The notes beneath the pieces were generated by a model, which saw only the letters and a list, made by a program, of their open reading frames with translations, searched no databases and was not told the origin of the DNA. From Oopsacas minuta (taxonomy: Eukaryota > Animalia > Porifera), in assembly GCA_024704765.1 (NCBI GenBank), contig JAKMXF010000045.1, forward strand, positions 1 through 54,126: 54,126 nucleotides of DNA, read 5' to 3'. A program made the translations under genes and the position numbers. Below are positions 1-12,116 of the stretch, in pieces (the stretch's first letter is position 1; each line of letters opens with the position of its first letter).

Positions 1-612
1 TTAATCAGTCAGGAAGAGATATTCTCCAGAGACATGAAAGAGATGATAACTGATCTTCCACACAACGAACATTATCGGATGGACCATAAAACTGATAAGT
101 ATTGGTGGAACCACACAAGTGTATTGTTTTCATTTGGAGAGAATTCTAACAATAGTCGTGATGAAGTGTTGAACTCTATCAAAGGAAATATAGGAATTAA
201 AGAAGTGGTGAACAGAGCTGGTGATAGATATATTTGGATGTCAGATACTACTTCTAAAGAGGATATTGTTAATCAAATCCAAACTCAATGTGATAATATG
301 AAAACGAATCGTAACGATAGAGAGTTTATTGGCGGACCTACAGAGCACTATCCCATGAAAATGAAGGAAGAAAAGTACAATATTACGGAAATTAAGTATT
401 CATGGTTTTGCTTCACTATCTCTTCTCTTATTCTTATCCTGCTGTTATGTCTATTTTTCCTTTTCCTTCCGGTAACTCTTCCGACTTTTCTCTGCTTACT
501 AATACCATTGTCAGTTTGTATTCCGGCAATTTTCCGAAAATTGAAATCATCCTGGATTTTGTTAAAGACGATTAACATTTATATTTATTCAATTTCGTTT
601 TGCATAATATAG
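1..612 (+). CDS. 3' part of a probable AIG1/GIMAP-like GTPase with C-terminal transmembrane anchor (5'-truncated by window edge)
   Basis: Frame is open from base 1. WNHTSVLFSFGE...IKEVVNRAGDRYIWM...IVNQIQ resembles the GIMAP pattern 'KHTIVLFTRGD...LKELVEKCGxRYxxF...QVxELL'. A long hydrophobic C-terminal segment follows. G1-G3 are not in the window. Confidence 0.5.
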   Translation, partial: LISQEEIFSRDMKEMITDLPHNEHYRMDHKTDKYWWNHTSVLFSFGENSNNSRDEVLNSIKGNIGIKEVVNRAGDRYIWMSDTTSKEDIVNQIQTQCDNMKTNRNDREFIGGPTEHYPMKMKEEKYNITEIKYSWFCFTISSLILILLLCLFFLFLPVTLPTFLCLLIPLSVCIPAIFRKLKSSWILLKTINIYIYSISFCII

Positions 613-1035
613 TATTATATCTATGTATTTTATCAATTATATAAATTTATCTACTGAAGAAGACGTGGTGTACAAACTGTGACTGTACGAACTATGCCGT
701 ATAAAATTTAGGCACTAGCGTTGCACTAGCCATTTACCTTCGATTAGTGTCAATATTGCTCCCAAATGCAGATGTTGCTCGGATGTCTGACTACCTCCTC
801 GATGTAAATTATTTTAATCTATTCTACTTGTTAAATAAGATTATGATCGAATTGATTGAGAAAATGGCAAGAGCATTAAGCGCTCCTCTTTTTATCGGGC
901 ACACTCTCGTTCCACGCTCCCCCATGAAAAAGGAGCGGTGCTCCTACCTCGCTCCTTACTCAAAAAAGGAGTGCACTCCGGCTTCCGCTCTTGGAAAATC
1001 GCACTCCAATAGCGTCCTTTTCATTCTTCAGACTT

Positions 1036-1160
1036 ACATTAGACGAGCCTTTGGCTCGTCGTTTCGCGATGAACTCGGTGCATTCTCCTTGACAACGGAC
1101 AAACAAACAAACAAACAATCATTGAGATTTAATAATATAGATTTGTATTTTAATTAATGA
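1036..1160 (-). mobile_element. Short copy of a dispersed non-autonomous element (Helentron/HINE-like family A)
   Basis: Shares the terminal hairpin GACGAGCC-AAA-GGCTCGTC and the (GTTT)n tract with copies at ~35955-36560 and ~38995-39420. Confidence 0.6.
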
Positions 1161-1974
1161 GGATTGAATTTAACCATTGTCCATTCGGAAAATAACTAAA
1201 TGTGCAACGTCAAACAATTTCAAGAATTTATGAATTATACATAAGTGTCCCAGCATCCACTTTAGATAGCAAGAATACTGAATTTTATTCAGAATAACGA
1301 TGAAATTTGTAAAATATTTGCAATTACATAGGAGCCCGCTCCAGTGTGTGCGCTCCTTCAAAAATGTAACGCCGCTCCACCTTGCGCGCACTTCCTTAAT
1401 GCTGTGAATATGGCTTATATTTGGTGATTATGTTGGTTTTAGCTCACTGTTCACAAACGCTGTACAAAGCTTGAAAGACGTTTGTATGCAATACAATCTG
1501 TAAACATTTTTATTGTATATTTATCATATGATTCCATTTTAGTATTCATCCAGAGTGCTTTACATGTACGTAGTTGGAAATGTGAGTATTCTAATCATTA
1601 AGTAGTTCTCCACGATTTATCTGTATTATCTAACGTTAAGCTAGTCTGCTAGTTAATCTGATGAAAAAGGTCTGTTAATTTCATGTTCTTGTATTCCAAT
1701 GATGTGTATACAGGATATGTATACAGGATATGTATACAGGGGTTTCTTGAATCAATTACATATTAATAATATTTCAAATTGAAAACTGAGTAAATTAGCG
1801 TTATTGTTTAAAGGTTACACCTTTCAAACTGAGGATAATCGACCATGTACGAGTAATAGTATCAAAAAAAATTACAGCGGGCAACCAATTCAGAACTAGG
1901 GTGTGCGAACGAGTGAATATTATCTTAGTAGCGGATTCGAATGTCCACTAAAACACTTTTTACTAGAATAGTAG

Positions 1975-2200
1975 GGGTTCTATTTTGAAAAGAATCATAC
2001 CAGTGTAAAGAAGAAAGTTGGTAGATTTCATATCATCACTTATAATCACGAAACTTTCATGATGAGTAAGCAATATTTCATATTTTGGTCGAGGTTTTTT
2101 TTATTAATATCTCCTAAAATATTTGTGATAACATTCATTTTACATCTCACTTGGTACATCATGTATATGTAATTTGAAATTATAATTATTATTTTTGAAA
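1975..2200 (-). repeat. Inverted homolog of the region upstream of the maT/mariner transposase (~14860-15075)
   Basis: Reverse complement aligns by eye (e.g. cctcgaccaaaatatgaaatattgcttactcatcatgaaa). Confidence 0.7.
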
Positions 2201-4184
2201 AAGTAAATGATCGCCCGAACTATTTTGAAGTATCGATTTGGTATATCATCATTGCAAACATTTTTCGCAAGTTGTCAAGATTATATTGATGCCAGAATCA
2301 CTGTGACAAAGTGTCCTTTGAGCTTCGAACAACCTATAAGAATAGATAAAATCTGTGACAAATTTAGGAAATTATCACCTTTCCTCATTCTTGAAACCTG
2401 CCATTTAGATAACTCATCTACATTAGAAAATATGATAGAACAATCAGTATCAATCAATCACGGAAATATAATATTAACCTACAAACTTTTAGGATACACC
2501 TTGCTCTCAAGTGGCATTTTCACCCTTAAAACATATATAAACGATGAATTTTACAGCTATGACAGGATGATGGCCCCACTAGCGAAAAGATTCGACTGGT
2601 AATGCCAAGTAGATATGCAACATCAATTCCTGAAAAAGTAAATTTAATAATACATATTTTCGATCATGCATGTATTTAGATACAGCTTTATTTTACCCAA
2701 AGCAAGTGTCGTATAGGTATGGGCTTAGTTATGTTAATTACAATTTCAAATGAGTTATTGGAATTCGTATCCTAAAGTGGCTACTTAATGGGAAATGTGA
2801 TCTGTATATTGAAGTGATTAAAATATTTTCAGTACCCTAAGTTAACACGCACTAACATAATTCGAAACAATCATCTCATTTTGACAATGCAATATTCTTG
2901 TTTATTAGATAAGCCATATACTTAACGGAACCCTAAATAAGCACAGACCAAATTTGTAATAAGTATTTGAGAGGCCATAAAACTTCATAACAGGCTAGAA
3001 TTAGCCCGGACCAAATTAGTCAATTTGTCAGAATTATGACAAGTATGGTCCTGGCGGACCATTTTTGCAGCCGGACCAAATTTGTCATAACAGAATTACA
3101 TAGACTACCAATTTTACTATAAATAGTGTAATGTACAATGAAAATTCTGATAAGTATTTAGAATGATTTATAATTGTATAATTCTAATTCTATTGTGGTT
3201 TCCACATATGAATACATTTGAAATATAATAAATATCACAATATTATAAAGAAAATTATATCTAGGACCCTAGGGTCCTAGAGTGTATTTTCGCTCTAGGA
3301 CCCTATATTTAGTGTATTTTAAAAACTTATTATATCAGTCTGGTGTATTTTGATTTTGATTACTTTCAAACAGGGTCCCAGAAATAATGCTAGGATCCTA
3401 GGGTCATGGAATTTTCTATCAAGACCCTAGGGTCCTGAGAATAACTCCTCAATATTATAAAATATGATTATATGAAAGTATTGTCTGACTGTTATACAAA
3501 ACATAAATAGTATCACCTGTTTAATATGCTATGCATGGGAAATTCAATCCATACATCTTATCAGTTCATCAATCAGTTCAATACAGAAACAAACTTTATT
3601 ATCAGTTAATTAATTACTATCTTGTAATAATTTACTATTTGTTTACTCTTTTGAATACAAAAACTAATGCAAAATCTTTACAGCTCTATTAGGAAGGTAA
3701 CAAATGTCTGACCAAATAAGATTTGAAGAGACGATCAACACTTCAATTTCTAATTATAAATGCCAGAATGGTAAGAGAAACAAAGGTTACCTCCAAATGA
3801 ATGCTCGGAAAAATAAATATTGTAACCTCTTTCTGATTCAAATTTGATAAATTTGTAAAAATAATATTCAGTTTTATCTGTTGAATTGAGGAAATTCATA
3901 TTTTTTGACTTCAAATAGCCACAATGCTGTATCTTTTTCCTATACCATTCTTCGCTTCTGACCCATAAAGATTTATTAGCTCTGGGATGAAAAGCAACAT
4001 TGAAAGCGGAATTCTACTACTTATACCGAGATATAATACTCTATCGAAATCTCTAGCTCTCAAATTTGGTTTCGAATTCTAAATATCAAATTTAACATTA
4101 CACATCCAGTTCTCTACAATGGCATTACTATTATACGAATAATTATTTCCAGCTGAAAAATTATTTAGCTTTTGGTCAGAAACA

Positions 4185-4774
4185 TATACGTATACATATA
4201 TGTTTGTATGTCCAGAATTGATTTAAGAAACTGGAGGACCCACAGGGCTGATTTATGGCATACAAGGGTATCCTGTGCCTGGCTCGGACGAAAATTCACA
4301 CCTATAATGGAAATATGACGTCATTGTCATCTTTTTGCATTTTCAAAAATCACATTATTAACCACTGCTTAGCCAATATACATGATAGAAGTTTGAAATT
4401 TGAATCACAGGTACCCCTCAATGTTCTGACCAAAAGCTAACTCATCATGGGATTATTACGTCATCACGACTGTACAAAAATCCAAATTTCGAAAATTTCA
4501 GAATTTCTTAATACCTGATGCACGAAGTGCCGAGATTACTAACCAGAAGCGAGATAGCATCTCCAGTGTCACTACAGAAGGCCATTCAATGTAATTTAGA
4601 TGGATCATGGATAATAAAATCTTAAAATTTTACTATTCTGTGAATTCGAGGCACGTAATGCCGAGTATATTCTGTCAGTAGCCGCCAATAACGCTATAAA
4701 ATTTTCTGTTTTTGTTCAAGCTAACCTAGAGCACAGAACTGTCGCGCAGCGACCTAACAAGCGATGCTCGCTAG
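4185..4774 (+). mobile_element. Non-autonomous Helitron-like element (family B)
   Basis: Ends in the GTCGC-GCA-GCGAC hairpin followed by ...AAGCGATGCTCGCTAG. Its body is homologous (inverted) to 53165-53445. Related 3' ends lie at 32493-32530, 33690-33734 and 53527-53575. Confidence 0.55.
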
Positions 4775-5242
4775 TATTTCATTAAAACGTTATACGAAAA
4801 TCCGAACCATTAGCTATATTGCTATATACTAATTGTAGCAACTTTTGAGTTGTATATTAGTAACTAGCAACAAGCAGACAGGTGGGATATTTCTTATAAA
4901 TAATATATACACCAATACACCTGTGGATGACCTTTGCGATACACCCCATCAATAAGCTTGCCAAGGGAGTATCGTCGTACACAGGGAGGGCGATCAACGT
5001 CAGTAAACATCAACATCAGGACCAAAGATTAAATGACAACACCAGAAAGAGCCTTATTAACAGATAACGGTTAATATTATTTCATTATAATTGTAAGTTA
5101 ACTCCATCTTATAGTTACAATTATTCAATTCTAAATAGTCAACAACAAAATACTATACTAATGCACCTTAACAGTTATAACAAACAAACATAGTTCCGTA
5201 AACATATAATTGTTTTATTGATATTTTATCTATACCCTAGAG

Positions 5243-5518
5243 CAGGGATCGGCAACCTTATAAATCAAAGAGCCATTTTTGGCACTAAAAAATGGACAAA
5301 AACGGTCTAAGAGCCGCATAATGTATTTGAGGCATATAATGAAGATAACACACCTATTTATTAAGTCTAAATTAGCCAACTAAACAATGATGAATAACAT
5401 TATAAATTCAAACATAACAAATTCGTTTCCATATAAAACTTTGTTGAAGCTACAGAAGCCAGTGGAGAGGGGCCAAAGAGCCGCATGCGGCTCCGGAGTC
5501 GCTGGTTGCTGACCCCTG
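5243..5518. mobile_element. hAT (Buster/Charlie-like) MITE
   Basis: TIRs CAGGGATCGGCAACC / GGTTGCTGACCCCTG. The 8-bp TSD is CCCTAGAG / CCCTAAAG, with central TA. Confidence 0.85.
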
Positions 5519-5848
5519 CCCTAAAGGAACGACGCCAATACCCAAGCATAGACCCCAACCTATTACTCTACATATGCTGGCCATTACACGGGAAATATAG
5601 ACAAGTATTGATAATATAGTTTCTATAAAAAGTATGACTGTAACATTACATTGAGTGGATAATTAAAATAATTTGCAAGAATAAATCGAATTTTAAATTT
5701 TCGTAACACATTTATTGCTACTAATGCTGGTCACTTGGGTAGCATGCTTAAGTCACTCGTTTTGAGGCGATCAATCCATCCTTGATATGATTTGTTATCT
5801 AATTCTAATTATCTTCAGTAATATTAAGAAACAGAAACAAACAACAAA

Positions 5849-7078
5849 TTAAAAAGCTTGTAAACAGAAATTATCATTGATAGATATAACATAAATAGTT
5901 CCTAATGCTGAAATACTAATACCAAATGGATCTGTAAATTCTCCTCTCCCATGTCCTTTCCTTCCTATGGTGTGTATTAGCTCTCCTGAAGGAGATAGTA
6001 TCTTGATATTACTACGGATAAAATCAGTAATCAGAATATTCTCTGCTACATCCAAACAAAAGTATCTGGGATAATGCACCACACCATCCTTCCCAAGAGT
6101 AATACATGAGTTTAAAAGACGTCCACTTCTGGAGTAGAAATGGACACAATTAGGGCTGTCATCTAGCACTACGATGTTAGTAGCAGTAACTTTAACATCC
6201 TGAGGGTGTTTTAGCTGTTGAGTACCCAAACAATTAACAAATTCAAGAGCTTTAGAGAATATAGAAACTCTGCTATTGTTCAAATCAGCAATATACACGT
6301 CTCCATTGTAGTCAACACAGAGTCCATATGGTTCATTTAGCTCTCCATCTCTTGCTCCTTTGTTACCAGTCCTCTTCACTAGCTTGTAATCCTTTTTGTT
6401 GAACTGTAACAGAGCGTGGAAATATGTGTCCGTAACGAAGACGTGATCTGTTGTCACAGCTATTCCCCATGGTCTCTTGAGTATGCTTTGTCCAAATCTT
6501 TTCAAGAAATTTCCTTCAAAAGTCACAACTTGAATACGACTGTTATACCAATCAGCTATGTAAATTAAATGATTTGATTCATCTAGAGATATACCCAAAG
6601 CATTTAATTCATTGTTACCTCTCCCTTTCTTTCCTACAGCTAGGATAGGTTCTTTCTTCATAGAGTAGTCCAGCTCCCATTCTTTCACCTCTCCGAACTC
6701 AGCGATTTGAGTTTGTAGTTGGGACAGCATCTTATAGGAGAAGAAGGGCTGCGGGAGTTTCGTGGGAGTCTCCAGCTGTTTGATGCGCTGTTGAAAGAGG
6801 TCAGTGGCCTGGTGATGGAGTTCTTTGTTCTCATTAACTTTTAGGCTTAGTTCCAACAGGTTTCGTTGAGTTTTTGCCAGTTCCTCCATGGCTGCATTAC
6901 GGGTGCTCTCTTTTGATAAATATTCCTCTTTCATATCTCTGAGTTTCCTCAGGAGAGCGTCCCTCCTCGCGATCAGCTGCTTAATTATGAGGTCGAATGT
7001 TTTCATGATTTTGGTAGCGACATACTCGAAATGTTCCACTTCTTTAATTGGTGCATTTATGGTCTGATTTGTTGCCAT
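5849..7078 (-). CDS. Coiled-coil + NHL-repeat beta-propeller protein (TRIM-NHL-like, no RING/B-box), intronless
   Basis: 409-aa ORF with an N-terminal heptad-rich helix, then repeated NHL units (IYIADWYNSRIQV, PWGIAV, PYGLCVD..GDVYIADLNNSRVSIF, PFGISIS). Confidence 0.9.
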   Translation of the reverse strand: MATNQTINAPIKEVEHFEYVATKIMKTFDLIIKQLIARRDALLRKLRDMKEEYLSKESTRNAAMEELAKTQRNLLELSLKVNENKELHHQATDLFQQRIKQLETPTKLPQPFFSYKMLSQLQTQIAEFGEVKEWELDYSMKKEPILAVGKKGRGNNELNALGISLDESNHLIYIADWYNSRIQVVTFEGNFLKRFGQSILKRPWGIAVTTDHVFVTDTYFHALLQFNKKDYKLVKRTGNKGARDGELNEPYGLCVDYNGDVYIADLNNSRVSIFSKALEFVNCLGTQQLKHPQDVKVTATNIVVLDDSPNCVHFYSRSGRLLNSCITLGKDGVVHYPRYFCLDVAENILITDFIRSNIKILSPSGELIHTIGRKGHGRGEFTDPFGISISALGTIYVISINDNFCLQAF

Positions 7079-7401
7079 TTCTTGATTAGATGTTAGTTTA
7101 TTAGAAATTATATTTTAACTATGCAAACTCTGTTTTATACTTATATAACTTGAGAATATCAATGTACGTCAATGGTTGCTATAGTAATTATTGTAAAGTT
7201 GGGAATTCTTCTTGGTTAGAGTTATGTTATACAATTACATAATCTGATATATTCAAGTTTGATTTCAATTCTACGCAGATTTATTTGCTTTTAATTATTT
7301 ATTGAAAAATTTGATAATATGTTTTTGGAATTATGAATCACTACCGCGGTTGTGGAATGTGAGTATGCGATTTTCACACCCTTTCCCACTATTGTAATAT
7401 A

Positions 7402-7572
7402 CAGTGGAGTCTCCGAAAAGCGGACAAGCCCCTACAACGGACAAACCTCATGGCACGGGTTGAATTTGCTAAGCATGTAATTACTACTTAAGCAGTCTCC
7501 GAGGTGTGGACAATTCTCTACAACGGACAGATAGCCTATCCCCAACGTGTTCATTATTCGGAGACTCTACTG
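7402..7572. mobile_element. Tc1/pogo-type MITE
   Basis: TIRs CAGTGGAGTCTCCGAA / TTCGGAGACTCTACTG (1 mismatch), flanked by TA on both sides. Confidence 0.8.
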
Positions 7573-8254
7573 TAGTTTACTTCTCGTCACTATTCCCATC
7601 TATATGTTTGAAATGTATTATCGTTGAAGAGGAATTGCATACAGTGATCTGTGGATCATGTTTGTTCACTCATAGCAATCCATACACTAGGCAATGGTGC
7701 AGGCAATTTTTAGGAGCAGGGATCGGTTAAACCAGTTTAAGATTATACTGAAGGCCATGACTGGAGTATATATATATATATCAGAATGCACTTTTGTCCG
7801 AATGAATGTATTAGATACTTGTAGAAATATATGTCTTTATTACATAAAAGCAAGATTTTCTCAGTTTTGCCAATTTATTTCTAAGCATTAATTGGGCGAA
7901 ATCACTCCATCTTTAAAACCATGTACAACGTTAAATTTTGATATTGGGTTAAAATTTTGAAGTACGAAATGATCTAACATAGTTTCCATACAACATATTA
8001 AAAATATTGTTAAAATACAACTGGCGCATTTCTGAGTTATAGGACAGACTATGGCTGGTGCAAGTTTGTCATTATCCACTTATAACTTGATAATTTCCTA
8101 TTCAACGATAATACATTTCATAGGAATATTGACGAGATGTAAACTATATTACAATAGTGGGGAAAGGTATGAAAACCGCTTAACTCACATTCAAATATTT
8201 TGGAAAAATAATATGACCAATTGACAACCTAACTATGACTTCCCATTTGACAAT

Positions 8255-8340
8255 AATACATTTTATGTGTCTAACTTTACCAAATTCGAATTACAAATGG
8301 ACCCAACTTCCAGGGCCCGAGATTACCAGATACTAGTCCT
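8255..8340 (+). repeat. Direct repeat copy 1 (copy 2 at ~14341-14410)
   Basis: tttaccaaattcgaattacaaa...cccaacttcca...gattaccagatactagtcc is present at both sites. Confidence 0.8.
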
Positions 8341-10540
8341 TCTATTTAATGTTATAACAAACGTAAGTGATTTGAATTTAAGGAATTATGTTTCCTTTAC
8401 TATCTATACTAATCCGTGTCAGTATAAGCAAACACAATATAGAGTAAGTCAGTAAGTCTTAATCAGTTGAGCAGTAAACACAATGCAAGTATGAAATTCA
8501 CTAATGACTACAAGTAGACGAAATTCTTTTAATTCTTGCTATGAAAAGTATGATCTGCATCCATGGCGAAGTGATCGAGCAATAGCTCGCATTTTATAAT
8601 AGACATCTCCTTAGAGAAGATCTCTGGGGTAAGCCGTACTCCTGAGTACCGGACCAGGGATGGGAGGCATAGTAAAGCTAGCTCAGATTAATACAGAGGT
8701 GTTTGGGGTCTAGCTGTTTCTATAGAGAGGAGTGAGAATAGCTGGAAGAATTGGTTCGATTCTGACACACCCGAGGTTAGCCCATATTATAACCATATAT
8801 AGAATATATTCACACCATAGGGATCATGGGTCAATTGGTCATGGGTCACCAATGGTACCTCATTGTCCATTCTGATTCACATGACATAACAATAGGTAAC
8901 ACCTCTTCCTGGAGCGTACTCTAGCGGTCTAACAGACCTCCAACAGCTGTTGGTATTACGCTGCTTCAGAGTAGACAGAATATACAGAGCTATTACTAAC
9001 TATATTACTAAACTAATGGGGTAGAGTTTTGTAACTCCTCCTGTTATATCATATGAACAGGTGTTTGAGAAGACCACTAGCTTGTCACCTATCGTGTTTA
9101 TACCAGTCCAGGAGATGATCCAGCTGGAGAGCTTCATAAACTAGAGGGCAGGATAGGGTCAGTTATTTTTTTGGCACCTTTGGACGGGGGACATCACATC
9201 CTATACGTGCTTCTGTGACGTGTTATGTCCCAGTTTCCATGGTTACTTCTTTGGTATTTGTTTTAGGGCTGGAGGTAGTAGATTAAGGTTCTTAGCTATG
9301 GGACAGGGACAAGAGAAACTAGCTCTACAAATGCTAGAGACAGCTTCACAGAAGGACAGTGGCTCCTCTTACAGAACTGCCACTTGTTAGTAAAGTGGCT
9401 CATAGACCTAGACAAGGCTCTAGAGAAGATGACACACCAACACCCTGACTTTCGGTTATGGCTAACCACAGCTCCAACACCAGACTTCCCAATCTCTATT
9501 CTACAGAGATCACTTAAAGTTGTCACAGAACCACCTAACGGTCTCGAACTTAATATGTGTAACACTTACCATAAGATTCCTCCCTCTGCTCTGGAGGACT
9601 GTTTTTATACTGCATTCAAGCCCCTCGTGCATGTCCACGCGTTCTTCCACGCTGTGGTACAAGAGACGAGGAAATATGGTACCATAGGGTAGAATATTAG
9701 TTACGATTTCAATGAGTCAGATTTCACAGTTTGTATGGAACTCCTGAAGACATATTTGACTAAAGCTTATGAGACTAAGTACCCTAAAATGCCCTGGGGG
9801 TCTCTTAAGTACCTGATTGGAGAGGTGAGGGGCTAATTAGTTCCAGTTATAGCTCCGGTTTATAACACCTCTTAATGTAGGTTCTGTATGGAGGAAGAGC
9901 AATAGATAATTTCGATAGAAGAGTCCTTAGAACGTATATGGATGAATATTTCGGTGATTATATATTCGACACCTTTCAACCATTCCACTTCTTCGTGAGT
10001 CCATAAATGGATTATAAAATCCCTGAATCTGGAACCAAAGACAACAACAGAGACGAGATAGAGCGCCTGCTGTTGGCTATCGGCCCTGATGTGTTCGGAC
10101 TACATCCAAATGCTGAGATAGGATATTTCACACGAGCTGCTAAAGATATGTGACATCAACTTGTTGAGCTACAGCGACAGACCGAGAGTCTGGGACAGGT
10201 TTGTGTTTGTTGTTATTGCTGTTGTTATTATTGTTATTAGACCATCGTTACTTGTTTCAGCTCCACCGCCACATGAATATTGCCCATTATTTCACCATTT
10301 TAGCAAAGAAATTCAACTACACAATATATTTACTAACTAACTGGTGAATAGTAGTGATTTATCAACACAGACCTCCTTTATACGCATTTGTTGTTGTGCT
10401 TATACTTAATGTGTATTGTATGATACTACAATAAATTGTAAAGGAATATTTTGGTTGCTAGGGAAGTGTATTTTCTAATAGAACAAGTTACAAATATGAA
10501 ATATGAAAAAATATTCTAAGTTGAGATTTATAACAGTTAG

Positions 10541-11360
10541 TCACAAAACTAAATTTAACTCATTTGTTAGAACTAATCCTAAAGATCTAGAGAGCCATAT
10601 AATTCTATCACCCTCTTCCACTACTTCTATAGTCCGTATATGATTTCCTTCTTTTGAGAATATCTTGATAGCTTTACTAGTAAAATCTCTGATAAGAATA
10701 TTCCCTGCTGGGTCCAGACAGAAGAAATGAGGGGTAGTAATTTCCATCTGGCTACCCATAGATATAAGAGAGCGGAGTCTCTCTCCTGTGTGAGAGAAGA
10801 CATGGATACAGGGATTGTCGGTACAGAGCACGTATTCCTCATCAGATGTTAGCTTGATGTCACGAGGTCTCCTGATTTTCTGTTCAGTGAGGTTACGCAT
10901 ATAAATCAGAGAACTGTTGAGGATTTGGATTCTATTGTTAAGATAATCTGCCAAGTATACACCTCAGGTATAAGATACAGAGAGGCTATGAGGGGTGTTA
11001 AACTTTCCAATCTGAGTTCCCTCAGTCCCTACCTTAGTGACTAGAGAGTAATAATTCTCCTTTTTGAAGCAGAACACTGCATGCACTCCTATATCTGTGA
11101 TATACACATATCCCCCGTGTATAGCTATACCGTGTGGACACTCCACGTTCTGGTGAGTAAAGCTATCTAGATAGTCTCCTTTCTCAGAAAAGATGGAGAT
11201 ACGTGCATGTGGATTTAGTAGGTAGAATTCACCCTCTGTAACGAATATATTATTGGTGTTAGGATCAACAGTAACAGCATGAGGATTAAACAAATTCCCA
11301 GGAGCACTCCCTATCTCCCCAACAGCTACTACCTGTCTCATGTTATCGTACTTAGGGATA
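10541..11360 (-). pseudogene. NHL-repeat gene remnant nested antisense in a dynein intron; in-frame TGA at 10964-10966
   Basis: ORFs 10964-11341 and 10541-10954 are in the same frame, separated by one stop. NHL units include PHAVTVD, PHGIAIH, VYLADYLNNRIQIL and PHFFCLD. Confidence 0.8.
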
Positions 11361-12116
11361 CTATAATGAGATTATATTAATTCAATGCCTCCTCTGCATG
11401 CTTAAATGGACATCAATAACAGGGGTCTAATAGTGTATTATTATTATTGTTTATTGTTGTTTACAGGTGTCAGTAGGGAGGATATCATAAGCGGAATAGC
11501 TTCAGACTTACAAAGCAAACTCCCACTAACCTTCGAGCTAGATCAGATAAAGAAGAAATTTGGCAATCTTACCCCAACTAATGTCGTCCTGTTACAGGAA
11601 CTTGAGAGATTCAATAACTTAGTTAAGATGTTTTGATCACTAATTAACTTATAGAGAGCTCTAGCAGGTGAGGTAGGCATGAGTAATGAGTTAGATGAGC
11701 TCGCTAAGAGTCTTTATAACGGACAGCTACCCTCTATGTGGAGATCTCTGGCTCATGAGACTCTTAAGTCTCTGGGTAACTGAATGCTTAAGGATATTTG
11801 ATCAGTACACTAAATGGGTTAAAGGTGAGTACTGTTTACAAACCAAATATCCGTAATACTAATAGTGCAGACAACCAAATAGATATCCAAGTAGACCAGA
11901 TGTTCCCAACCTGGGTCCATACATCTCTTGGCCCACGCGTGAAAAAGGTTGGAACCGCGGAAGTATGCAAGTAAACAAATATACAAGCAAACAAACAAAC
12001 AAATAAATATTCTAAGACCTCCTTTATAGTTGAACCTAGAGTGATGTGGCTACCAGGTCTCCACATACCAGAATCCTACCTGACAGCACTAATACAGTCT
12101 ACATGTAGAAAGAATG

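Noticed and set aside
860-1400. Ankyrin-like TPLHLA motif or hAT remnant among CGCTCC repeats
   Set aside because: A single short motif in a stop-ridden frame. It is more likely degraded transposon sequence but cannot be classified.
2207-2602. 131-aa ORF as a real gene
   Set aside because: No recognisable motif, and its 5' part overlaps transposon-derived sequence.
3480-4150. Possible third, highly decayed 7TM-family copy on the minus strand
   Set aside because: Only faint similarity in broken frames; not supportable without alignment.
8643-11783. Stop-codon reassignment (TGA/TAG = Trp) suggested by stops at Trp positions in the dynein sequence
   Set aside because: Many TGG Trp codons remain, the same region has frameshifts and TE insertions, and intact genes here terminate with TAA, TAG and TGA normally.
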